Part shown: piece after piece, positions 29,550-41,600 of the stretch
Position numbering within the stretch: the first letter of the stretch is position 1
How the letters are laid out: each line of letters opens with the position of its first letter
NCBI GenBank assembly: GCA_963716255.1
Contig: OY970303.1
Coordinates: forward strand, 1,504,001-1,568,000
Direction: 5' to 3'
Source of the DNA: an uncultured Gemmatimonadales bacterium
GTDB taxonomy: Bacteria > Gemmatimonadota > Gemmatimonadetes > Longimicrobiales > Longimicrobiaceae
Length of the DNA stretch: 64,000 bases
Notes under the pieces: model-generated
What the model saw: only the letters and a program-made list of their open reading frames with translations
Databases searched by the model: none
Told to the model about the DNA's origin: nothing
Program-made: the position numbers and the translations under genes

Positions 29550-29583
29550 AACGGCAGAGGACACCCCGGTGTCCTCTGCCGTT
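29550..29583. terminator. Hairpin between the convergent halogenase and NRPS
   Basis: AACGGCAGAGGACACC/GGTGTCCTCTGCCGTT perfect inverted repeat. Confidence 0.6.
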
Positions 29584-29636
29584 CCGCATTCCGGCAGGTC
29601 CGTGCGTGGGGCGCCGGAGGACTGCGCCCCACGCCG

Positions 29637-32600
29637 TCATCCCCGCGGGCGCTCCCTCAGCCTGCGCCGCGACGAGCGGTCCACCGGCACGACCCTCGGC
29701 AACACCAGGATCCCCGGCGTCTCCGGCGCCTCCGCCTGGCGCAGCGCCTCCACCCGCTCGGCGAGCTCCGCCACGCCGGGCGCCTCGAAGAGCGCGCGCA
29801 CCGTGAGCTCCACGCCCAGCGCGTCGCGCACCCGCGAGATCACGCGCACGGCCAGCAGCGAGTGGCCGCCCAGCTCGAAGAAGCTCTGCTGCGCCCCCAC
29901 CCGCTCCACCCGCAGCACCTCGGCGTAGATCCCGGCCAGCAGCTCCTCGGTCGCGGTGCGCGGCGCCACGTACCCCGCCTCCGGCGACGCCTGCTCGGGC
30001 GCGGGGAGCGCCCGCCGCGCCACCTTGCCGCTGGGGGTGAGCGGGAGCTTGTCCATCGCCACGAACGCGCCGGGCACCATGTAGTCCGGCAGGCGCTCCC
30101 GGAGGTGCGCCTTGAGCGCGGCGGGGTCGGCCGCGGCGCCGGGCTGCGGCACCACGTAGGCCACCAGGCGCAGGTCTCCCGGCACGTCCTCCCGCGCCAC
30201 CACCACCGCCTCGCGCACCGCCGGGTGCGCCGCGAGCGTGGCCTCCACCTCGCCCGGCTCGATGCGGAAGCCGCGCACCTTGACCTGCGCGTCCAGGCGG
30301 CCCAGGTACTCCAGCACGCCGTCCGCGCGCCAGCGCGCCCGGTCGCCCGAGCGGTACATCCGCGCACCCGCCTCCGCCGAGAACGGGTCGGGGACGAAGG
30401 TGGCGGCCGTCAGCTCCGGCCGGCCCAGGTAGCCGCGCGTCACCCCGGAGCCGGCGACGAACAGCTCGCCCGGCACGCCCACGGGCTGCGGGCGGAGCCC
30501 GTCGTCCAGCACCAGGATGCGCGTGTTCGCGACCGGCCGGCCGATGGGGATGGTCCCCTCCCCCGGCGCGACGGGGTGCGCGGTGCACCAGACCGTCGTT
30601 TCCGTGGGCCCGTACAGGTTCACCAGGCCGCCCGGGACCACGGCGTCGATCTGCGCGGCAAGGGCGGGCGGCATGGGCTCGGCGCCCATGAACACGCGCT
30701 CCAGCCCGGCCAGCGACTCCGCGCCGGACTGGGCGATCATCATCGCCGCCAGCGATGGCGTGCACTGCAGGTGCGTGACCCCGTGGCGGCGGATCCAGCG
30801 CGCCGGCGCCGCGTCCTCGCGCGTCACCTCCAGGCCGGGGTGCAGCACCACCCGCCAGCCGCGCGCCAGCGTCCAGAGCAGCTCCAGGACGTGGATGTCG
30901 AAGGAGATGCGCGTCACCGCCAGCCACGTCCCGGGGCTCGTCCCCCCCACGACCCCGTCCATGGCGGCGAAGAAGCCCGCCACGCCGGCGTGCGTCACCT
31001 GCACGCCCTTGGGGCGGCCGGTGGAGCCGGAAGTGTAGATGACGTAGGCCAGGTTCAGTGGGGCGACCTCGGTGTGCGGGGCCCCATCCGGCTCGGCCGC
31101 GGTCGATTCCGTGCTGCCGCCGGCGTCCACCAGCACGGCCGGCACGCCGTCCGCGGGGAGCAGCCCGCCCAGCGACGCCTGCGTCACCAGCAGCCGCGCG
31201 CCGGAGTCGGCCAGCATGTACGCCAGGCGGTCGGCGGGGTACCCGGGGTCCAGGGGAAGGTACGCCGCGCCCGCCTCCAGCACGGCCAGCATCGCCACCA
31301 CCATCCCCGCCGAGCGCTCCAGGCAGATCCCCACCAGCACGTCCGGCCCGGCACCCGACGCCGCGAGGCGGCGGGCCAGCCGGCCGGCCCGCGCCAGCAG
31401 CTCGCGGTAGGTGATCTCCTCCTCCCCGGCGACCAGCGCCACGGCGTCCGGCGTCCGCTCCGCCTGCGACCGGACGAGCTGGTGGATGCAGAGGTCCGCC
31501 GGGTACTCCGCCGCCGTCCGGTTCCACTCCTCCACCACCGTGCGGCGCTCCGCCTCGCCCAGCAGCTCCACATCGGAAAGGCGTACGTCCGCGTCGGCGG
31601 CGGCCTGCTCCAGCACCCGCCCCAGGTGGTCCGCCATGCGCCGGGCGGTGCCCTCCTCGAACAGGTCGGTGGCATACTCCAGCGTCCCGGCCATGCCGCC
31701 CGGGCGGGCCGTGAGCGCCAGGGTGAGGTCGAACTGCGCGGTCTCCGGCTCGGGGGCCACCCCCCGCGCCGCTTCGCCGCCGGCCTCGTCCAGCTGGAAC
31801 GACACCTGGAAGAGCGCTGCGTGGCTCAGGCTGCGGCGGGGCTGCACCTCCGCCACGATCCGCTCGAACGGCACGTCCTGGTGCTGGTACGCGCCCAGCG
31901 CGGCCTCGCGCGCGCGGCGCACGGTCTCGCGGAAGGTGGGGTCGCCGTCCAGGTCGACCCTCAGCACCAGGGTGTTCACGAACAGGCCGATCATCCCCTC
32001 CAGCTCGCGGTGCGACCGCCCCGCGACGGGAGTCCCCACCGACACGTCCGTGGTGCCGGCCCAGCGGGCGAGAAGCGCCTGGAACGCCGCCATCACCACC
32101 ATGTGCAGCGTCGCGCCCTCGGCGCGGGCCAGCTCGCGGAGCCGGTCCAGCACCGCCGCCGGGACCGCCACCGGCACCCGCGCGCCCCGCAGGGTGGGCA
32201 CAGGGGGCCGCGGGCGGTCCGTGGGGAGCGGCAGCAGCTCCGGCGCGCCGGCCAGCTGCCGGGTCCAGTACGCCAGCTGCCCGCCGTCCACGCCGTCCGC
32301 CTGCTCGCGCTGCCACACGGCGTAGTCGGCGTACTGCACCGGCAGCTCGGGGAGCGGCGAGGGCTCGCCGCGCGCGAAGGCGTCATACAGGGCGTAGATC
32401 TCCCGCACGAGGACCTGGTAGCTCCACCCGTCGCTCACCACGTGGTGCGTGCACAGGAGCAGCACGCTCCCGGCCGGACCCACCCGCAGCAGGACCGCGC
32501 GGAAGAGCGGGCCCGCCGCGAGGTCGAAGACGTGCGCGGCCTCGCCCGCGGCGCGCCGCCGCACCTCCGCCTCGCGCTCCTCCTCGCCCGCGAACCCGGA

Positions 32601-35600
32601 CAGGTCCACGACCGCGAGCGCGAAGCCGTTGAACGGGGCGATGACCTGCACGGGAACGCCGCCGGTCTCCCGGAACGTGGTGCGCAGCGACTCGTGCCGC
32701 CGCACGATCTCGCCGAGCGCGCGCTCCAGCACCGCCTCGTCCACGTCCCCCGGCAGCCGCATCCCCGTGAGCAGGTTGTAGACGGTGGAGCCCGGCTGCA
32801 GCCGGTCCACGAACCAGAGCCGCTCCTGCGAGAAGGAGAGCGGCGGGTCCCCGTCCCGGGCGCGGCGCGTGAGCGGCTGCGCGCGGGTGGACGCACGCCA
32901 GTTGGACGGGGCGGCTTCCCCGCCGGCGGCGCCCAGCTCCTCGCGCGACGCCTCGTCCACCAGCGCGGCCAGCTCGGCGATGGTGGGCGCCTCGAAGATG
33001 GCGCGCAGCGGGAGCTCCACCCGGAACGCCTCGCGCACCCGGGCGAGGAGCTGGAGCCCCAGGAGCGAGTGCCCGCCCAGGTCGAAGAAGTTGTCGCGCG
33101 CGCCCACCTCGCGGATCCCCAGCAGCCCGCCCCAGATCCCGGCGAGGAGCGTTTCGGACGCGCCGGAGGGCGCCTGGAACTCGCTCCCCAGCGCGGGTCG
33201 CGCGTGCAGGTCGGGCGCGGGGGCGCCGCTCCCGCCGGGGCGGGCGGGGGCGCCGGGCGGGGCGCGGAAGCGCTCGATGCGCGCGTCCAGGTCGTGGGTG
33301 GAGACCACCACCCGCGGTTCCTCCGCGAGGGTGGCGAGCGCCGCGAAGGCGGGCGCGGCGTCCGCGCGCAGGATGGCCCGCCCGGCGAGCGCGGCCGCGT
33401 CGCCGCCCTCGTCCAGGTGCCAGCGGTCCCAGCCCACGCTGGTCCAGAGATCCCCGCCCCCGGCGAGGCGCCGCTGCGCCCACGCGTCCAGCAGCGCGAA
33501 CGCCGCCGTGGGCGCCGCCAGCCCCGCCCCGCCGAATACCGTGAAGATGGAGTTCTGCAGGAGGCGGAAGTCCAGCGGGAGCCCCGCAGTGGCCTCGTCC
33601 AGCGCGTCCAGGCCGCGGGCCGCGCGGGCCAGCGCCTCCGCGACCGCGGCGGGCCGCGACCCGGCCAGGGGGGCGTGCCCGGCGCCCGCCCCCAGCGCGG
33701 CGGTGTGCACCACCCCGTGCAGCTCGCCGAACGCGTCGAGCGCCGCCGCCACGGCGGCGCGCATCGCCGCGGGGTCCTCGGGATCGGCGCGCAGGAGGAG
33801 CGTGCGCGCGCCCCGCGCCCCGGCGGCGCGAAGGGCGCGGATCGCGGGCGCCAGGACGCCGGCGGGGGCCGCGGCCAGGCGCGCGTCCCACTCGCCGGGC
33901 TCCGGGAAGCCGGGCTCCGCCACCACGGCGATGCGCGCGCCGGGCGCGCCCGCGAGCTCCTCGGCGAGCGCGTCCGCGCCGCCGGCCATCCCGCCGGTGA
34001 ACAGGTAGGCGCCTCCCTCGCGCAGCCCCGGGCGATTCTCGCGGGGGCGGGTCGCCTCGTAGCCCAGCGTCCAGCGCCACGGGCCCCGCAGCGCCACGGC
34101 CTCGTCCGGGACGTCGGCCGCCGCCTCGGCGGCGAGCTGGTCCACCAGGTGCTCGCCGGCGCCCGCGCCGGGACGCACGTCCACCGTGCGGCAGACCACG
34201 TGCGGGTGCTCCTGGGGGAGCGCCAGGCAGGCGCCCAGGACGGTCGCCCGCTCCGGGCGGACCGTCTCGCCGCCGAACACGTCGCGCACCCCCTCGGTGA
34301 CCACCACCAGCCGCAGCGGCCCCTCCGCGGGGTCGCGGGCGAAGGCGGCGGCGACCGCCGCCACCGTGCCCCAGCCGCGCTCCTGCGCCCGTCCCCAGGC
34401 GTCCGCGCCGCCTTCGGATTCCGGGTCGATCCCCCACAGCTGGACGACGCGGCGGGGCCGGATCCCCTCCGCGCCCAGCGCGTCGCGGAGCGCGGACAGG
34501 TCGTCCGCGGAGCCGGGGCGCACCGTGTATCCCACGCCGTCGCCCGCCCGGCCGAAGGCGTCGCCCGCCTCCGCCAGCACGACGGTGTGGCCCAGCCGCT
34601 CCAGCCGCCCCGCCAGCCGCCTGCCGATCCCGGCCGCGTCCGCCAGCAGCAGCCACTCCGCGGGCTCGGCGGGAATTCGCCGCGGGAGCGCCGTGCGGGT
34701 CCAGGCGGGGAGGTACAGCCAGTCCGCCGGGTCGGGCGTGCGCTCCAGCGGATTGCCCGCGCGCGATGCCGGGCTCCCGGCGCCGATGGTGACGGCGCGC
34801 GGCTCCAGCCAGAAGCGGCTGCGCTCGAAGGGATACGTGGGAAGGGGGACGCGCCGCAGCCGCTCGCGGGCGTGCATCGCCTTCCAGTCCACCGCCGCGC
34901 CGGCCGCCCACAGGCGCCCGGCGGCGCCCAGCACGTGCGCGGCGTCCGGGCTGCGCTCGTAGGCGTGGCGCATGGACGCGACGAAGCCGGGCGCCTCGTC
35001 GCCCCACACGTGCAGCTGCCCGGCGAGCATCCGCAGCGCCAGCCCGGGGCCGTTCTCCAGGAAGAGCCGGTGGCCGGCCTGCGCAAGTGTCTCCACCCCC
35101 TCCGAGAAGCGCACCGGCTCGCACAGGTGGCGCGCCCAGTACGCCGGGTCGGTCGCCTCGGAGGCGCGGATCCAGGTGCCCGTGACGTTGGACACGAAGG
35201 GGATGGACGGCGCGCTCAGCTTCACCCGCCGCAGCAGCGCCATCAGCCGCTCGGCCACCGGCTCCATCAGCGGGGTGTGGAAGGCGTGGCGCATGGGGAG
35301 CCGCCGCCACACCAGCCCGCGCGCCTCCACCTCGCCGCGCAGCGCGTCCAGCTCCTCCCCCGGGCCGGAGATCACCGTGATGGAGGGCCCGTGCAGCGCG
35401 CCCACGTACAGGTTGCCGGTGAGCAGCGGGCGGGCCTCCTCCTCGGGGAGGCTGATCCCCATCATCCCGCCCTCGGGGAGCGATTCGATCAGCCGCGCCC
35501 GCTCGGCCACCAGCATCAGCCCGTCCTCCAGCGACCACACTCCGGCCACGGTGGCCGCCACCCACTCGCCCAGCGAGTGGCCCAGCATGGCCGACGGGCG

Positions 35601-38600
35601 GACGCCCCATTCCCTCCAGAGCGCCTGGAGCGCGTACTCGGTGACGAACAGCGCCGGCTGCGCCAGGCGCGTGCGGTTCAGCCGCTCCTGGGCGTCGTCC
35701 TGCGTCTCGGCGGCGGCGCGGCCCAGCATGGCCCGCAGGTCGATCCCGCCGATGCCTCCCTCCTCCTGCGCGTCGCCCGGGTACAGCACCTCGCGCAGGT
35801 CCAGCCCCAGGTGCGGGCGCAGGATCTCCGCGCAGCGGTCCACCGCCGCGCGGAAGACCGGCTCGGCGTCGTACAGGCCGCGCCCCATCCCGGCGTAGTG
35901 GCTCCCCAGCCCGGGGAACATGAAGACCACGGGCCGCGCCGTTTCCGGCGCCGCCGCGGAAAAGAGCCGGTCCGCGCCGCGCGTCTCCAGCGCGCGGACG
36001 GCCTCCTCGTGGTCCCGGGCGACCAGGGCGCGGCGGTGCCCGAAGGCGCGGCGCCCCGCCTGGAGCGTCCAGGCCACGTCGGCGAGCTCCTGCTCCGGGT
36101 GGGCGCGCAGGTGCGCGGCCAGCCGCTCGGTGGCCGCCTCCAGCGCGGAGGGCGTCCGCGCCGACAGCGTCAGCAGCTGCCAGGCGCGCGCGGGCTCGGA
36201 GGGGCGCGGCGCGGGCGCCTGCTCCAGCACCACGTGCGCATTGGTCCCCCCGATCCCGAACGACGACACCCCGGCGCGCCGCGGGTGGCCGTTGGCCGGC
36301 CAGGGGTGCAGCTCGGTGTTGACGAAGAAGGGCGACGCCGCGAAGTCGATGCGGGGGTTGGGCTCCGTGAAGTGCAGCGTGGGGGGGATCTCCCCGTGCT
36401 CCACGGCCAGGACGGCCTTGATCAGCCCCGTGGCCCCGGCCGCGCCGTCCAGGTGGCCCACGTTGCTCTTCACCGCCCCCAGGGCGCACCCCTGCCTGCG
36501 CGGCCCGGCGCCGAACGCCTGCGTCAGCGCGGCCACCTCCACCGGGTCGCCCAGCTCGGTGCCCGTGCCGTGCGCCTCCACGTACCCCACCGTGGCGGGG
36601 TCCACGCCCGCGAGGTCGAGCGCCTCCCGGATCACCGCCGCCTGCCCGTCCACGCTGGGGGCGGTGTAGCCCACCTTCTGCGAGCCGTCGTTGTTGATGG
36701 CGGTGCCGCGGATGACCGCGTGGATGGTGTCGCCGTCGGCCAGCGCGTCGGCCAGGCGCTTGAGCACCACCAGCCCGATCCCGCTCCCGGTCACCGTCCC
36801 GGCAGAGCGCGCGTCGAAGGCGCGGCAGTACCCGTCCGGCGACATGATCCCGCCCGGCGAGTACATGTAGCCCCCGCGCCGCCGCGCGCCCACGCCCCCC
36901 GCGACCGCCACGTCGCACTCGCCCGCGGCGAGCGCCCGGCAGGCCACGTGCACGGCCACCAGCCCGGTGGAGCACGCCGTCTGCACGCTGAGCGCGGGGC
37001 CGCGCAGGTTCAGCTTGTACGCGGCGCGCGAGGCCAGGAAGTCCTTGCCGTTGCCCATCTCCACCTGCAGCGAGCCCACCGCCCCCGCCACCTCCGGGTT
37101 GGTCAGCACGTGCCGGGTGAGGTAGTCGCTCGCCGAAGACCCGGCGTAGACCCCCACCGCCTCCTCCGTGCCCCCGGGGACGTGGCCCGCGTTCTCCAGC
37201 GCCTCCCAGGCGGTCTCCAGGAAGATGCGGTGCTGCGGGTCCAGGATCTCCGCCTCGCGCGGGTTGAAGCCGAAGAAGCCGGCGTCGAACATCTCCATCC
37301 CCTCCAGCACCCCCGCCGCCGCGACGAACGCCGGGTCGCGCAGCAGCGCCGGGTCCATCCCCGCCTCCTCCAGCTCCCGCTCGCCGAAGCGGGTGATGCA
37401 GTCCACCCCGCCGCGCAGGTTGCTCCAGAACGTCGCCACGTCCGGCGCGCCCGGGAAGCGCCCCGCCATCCCCACCACCGCGACCGCCCCGTCCGGGACG
37501 TCCGCCTCCCCGCCCGCCGCCCTGCGCGCGCGCCGCCGCGGCTCCGGCGCCGGGGTGCTCCCCGCGGCCAGGTGCTCGGCCAGCGACGCCACCGTGGGGA
37601 AGCGGAAAAGGTCCACGATGGGGACCTCCCTCCCCAGCGCCTCGCGGAGGCGCGCCTGCACCCGCGCCAGGAGCAGCGAGTGCCCGCCCAGGTCGAAGAA
37701 ATTCAGGTTGACGCCCACCCGGTCCAGCCCCAGCAACTCGCCCCAGATCCCCGCCACCACCTCCTCCAGCGGGAGCCGCGGCGCCACGAACGCGTCCTTC
37801 GCGCCGTCGCGCTGCGGCGCGGGGAGCGCCCGCCGCGCCACCTTGCCGCTGGGGGTGAGCGGAAGCTGCTCCAGCACCACGAACGCCGAGGGGACCATGT
37901 ACTCCGGGAGCCGCTCCGCGAGCCGCGCCCGCAGCGCCGCGGCGTCCACGGCCGCCCCCTCCTCGGGGACCACGTACGCCACCAGGCGCCGCTCGCCCGG
38001 CACGTCCTCGCGCACGACGACCACCGCCTCGCGCACCCCCGGCCCGCCCTCCAGCGCCGCCTCCACCTCGCCGGGCTCGATGCGGAAGCCGCGCAGCTTC
38101 ACCTGCTCGTCGGCGCGCCCCAGGAACTCCAGCGCGCCGGAGGGGAGCCACCGCGCCCGGTCACCGGTGCGGTACAGCCGCCCCCCGTCCGCCGAGAAGG
38201 GATCGGGGAGGAATCGCTCCGCCGTCAGCTCCGGCCGGCCCAGGTAGCCGCGCGCCAGGCAGACGCCGCCCAGGTACAGCTCGCCCGGGACGCCCACCGG
38301 CGCCGGACGGAGCGCGCCGTCCAGCACGTAGCAGCTCGTGTTCGCGATGGGCGCACCGATGGCCGGCAGCAGCGGCCACCCGCCCGGGTCCCCCTCCAGC
38401 ACCAGCGCCGTGGCGACGTGCGTCTCGGAGGGGCCGTACTGGTTGTGGAGCGGCGCCCCCACGGCGCCCAGCCAGCGCCGCAGCGGCTCGGTCACCCGCA
38501 GCTGCTCGCCGGACGTCACCACCTCCCGCAGGCGCGAGGGCACCAGCCCGCGCGCATCCGCCGTTTCCGCCAGGTGCTGCAGCGCCACCGACGGCATGAA

Positions 38601-41600
38601 GAGCCGCTCCACCCCCGCGCGCTCCAGGGTGGCCAGCAGCCCCGCCGGGTCGTAGCGCAGCTCGTCCGGGATCAGCACCACCCGCCCTCCCGCCGCCCAG
38701 CAGGAAAAGATCTCCTGGAAGGACACGTCGAAGCTGACGGGGGCGAACTGGAGCGTCGCCGCGGCCGCCGGTGCGCGCCAGCCGCGCTGCTGCCAGGCGA
38801 GCAGGTTGACCAGCGGCCGGTGCGGCATCGCCACGCCCTTGGGGCGCCCGGTGGAGCCCGAGGTGAAGACGACGTAGGCCAGGTTGTCGGGGGACGGAGA
38901 GTGCGGGAGCGCGGCCGCGTCCTCCCCAGCGCCGTGCTCCGCGGCGCCGTCGCCATCCAGCACCACCACGCGCCCCCGGAAGCCGGCGAGCCGGTCCCCC
39001 GCGGCGCCGTCGGTCAGCAGCACGCGCGCGGCGGCGTCTTCCAGCATGTGCGCCAGGCGCTCGGCCGGGTACGAGGGGTCCAGCGGGACGTATGCTCCGC
39101 CGGACTTGAGGACGGCGAGCAGCGCGACCATGGCGCCGGGGCCGCGCTGCAGCGACAGCGCCACGCGCTCGTCCGGGCCCACGCCCAGGGCGGCCAGGCG
39201 GCGCGCCAGCGCGTCGGCGCGCAGGTCCAGCTCGCGGTAGGTGAGCGTGGCCTCGCCGAAGACCACCGCCACGGCGTCCGGCGTCCGCTCCGCCTGCGCC
39301 TCGACGAGGTGGTGGACGCACAGGCCGGCCGGGTACCCGGCTTCCGTCCGGTTCCACTCCTCCACCACCCGGTGCCGCTCCGCGTCGTCCAGCAGCTCCA
39401 GCGCGGAGATGCGCCCGTCCGCGTCGGCGGCGACCTGCTCCAGCACCCGCGCGAAGTGGGCGAGCATGCGCCGGGCGGTGTCGCGGTCGAAGAGGTCGGT
39501 GGCGTACTCCAGCGAGCCGGCGAGCCCGCCCGGGTGCCGGGCCAGCGCCAGCGTCAGGTCGAACTTGCTCGTCGCGCCCGCGGCAGACACCCGGCGCAGC
39601 TCCAGCCCCGGCAGGCCGCCGCCCGCGCCCCCGGGCTCCTGCAGGACGAACATGGCCTGGAAGAGCGGCGCGTGGCTGAGGCTGCGCTCCGGCTGCAGCT
39701 CCTCCACCAGCCGCTCGAAGGGCACCTCCTGGTGCTCGTAGGCGCCCAGCGTGGCCTCGCGCACGCGGCGCAGCGCCTCGCGGAAGGTGGGCTCCCCGGC
39801 CAGGTCCACCCGCAGCACCAGGGTGTTCAGGAACAGACCGATCAGCCCCTCCACCTCGCCGCGCGTGCGCCCGGCGATGGGGCTGCCGACGACCACGTCC
39901 TCGCTCCCGGAGTACCTGGCAAGCAGCACCTGGAAGGCGCCCAGGAGCACCATGAAGAGCGTCGCCCCCTCGCCGCGCCCCAGCGCCTGGAGGCGCTCCA
40001 GCAGGTCGGCCGGCAGGTCGATGCGCTCGCTCGCCCCGCGGTACGTCTGAAGCGCCGGGCGGGGACGGTCCGCCGGAAGCTCAAGCAGGGGAGGCGCCCC
40101 CGCCAGCCGCTCCCTCCACCAGGCCAGCTGCCGCTCCAGGCCGTCGCCCTGCAGCACCCGCCGCTGCCAGGTCGCGTGGTCGGCGTACTGCACCGGCAGC
40201 TCGGGGAGCGGCGACTCCCCGCCCTCGCGGAAGGCGCCGTACAGCACGGACAGCTCGCGGAAGAGCACCTCCAGGCTCCACGCGTCGCCCACCGCGTGGT
40301 GCATGCACAGCAGCAGCACGTGGTCGTCACCGGCCAGGCGCAGCAGCTCCGCGCGGAAGAGCGGGCCCGCGGCCAGGTCGAAGGGGCGCGCCGCGTCCGC
40401 CGCCGCGCGCCGCGCCGCCTCGACGTCGCGCTCGCCCTCGCCCAGGTGCGAGATGTCCTCCACCGGCAGGACCCACCCGCCGAAGGGCGCGACCGTCTGC
40501 ACCGGGGAGCCCTGCGACTCCGTGAACACGGTCCGCAGCACCTCGTGCCGGCGCACGATCTCGCCCAGGGCGCGCTCCATCGCCGGACGGTCCAGCGCCC
40601 CGCCCAGCCGCAGCGCCGCGGGGATGTTGTAGAAGGCGCTCCCCGGCTCCAGCCGGTCCAGGAACCACAGGCGCTCCTGCGCGAACGACAGCGGGAGCGC
40701 GCTGCGCGCGTCGCGCTCCACGGGAACCACCGGGGGAAGCACCGGGAGGTCGGCGCGGCGCAGCGCCTCCACCCGCGCGGCCAGCTCCGCAACGGTGGGC
40801 GCCTCGAAGAGCACCCGCAGCGGCAGCTCCACCCCCAGCGCCTCTCGCACCCGCGACACCACGCGGATCGCCAGCAGCGAGTGCCCGCCCAGCGCGAAGA
40901 AGCTGTCCCTGACCCCCACGCGCTCCAGGCGCAGGATCTCCGCCCACGTCCCCGCCAGCACCTCCTCCGTGGGCGTGCGCGGCGCCAGGTAGCGCTCCTC
41001 CGCCGCGTATTCCGGCGCGGGGAGCGCCCGCCGGTCCAGCTTTCCGCTGGGGGTGAGGGGAAGCGCGTCCAGCACCACGATCGCCGCCGGCACCATGTAC
41101 TCCGGCAGGCCCCGCCGCAGGTGCTCGCGCAGCCCGTCCGCCTCCGCTTCCCCCACGACGTACGCCGCCAGCCGCCGCTCGCCGGGCGCGTCCTCCCGCA
41201 CGACGACCGCAGCCGTTCGCACGTCCGGGTGCCGCAGCAGCGCGCTCTCGATCTCGCCCAGCTCGATGCGGAAGCCCCGCACCTTGACCTGCGCGTCGGT
41301 GCGGCCCAGGTAGTCCAGCTCCCCTTCGGCGGTCCAGCGCACCCGGTCCATCACCCGGTACATGCGGCTCCCCGGCGGGCCGAACGGGTCGGGGAGGAAG
41401 CGCTCCGCCGTCAGGTCGGGACGCCCCGCGTAGCCGCGCGCCGTGCCGTCCCCGGCCAGGTACAGCTCGCCGGGAACGCCCGCCGGCACGGGGGCGAGCC
41501 GCGCGTCCAGCACGTGGGCGCGCGTGTTGGCGACCGGCCGGCCCAGCGTGACGCGCCCGCCGCCGCGGGGGACCCGCGCGCAGGTGGAGAAGGTGGTGTC

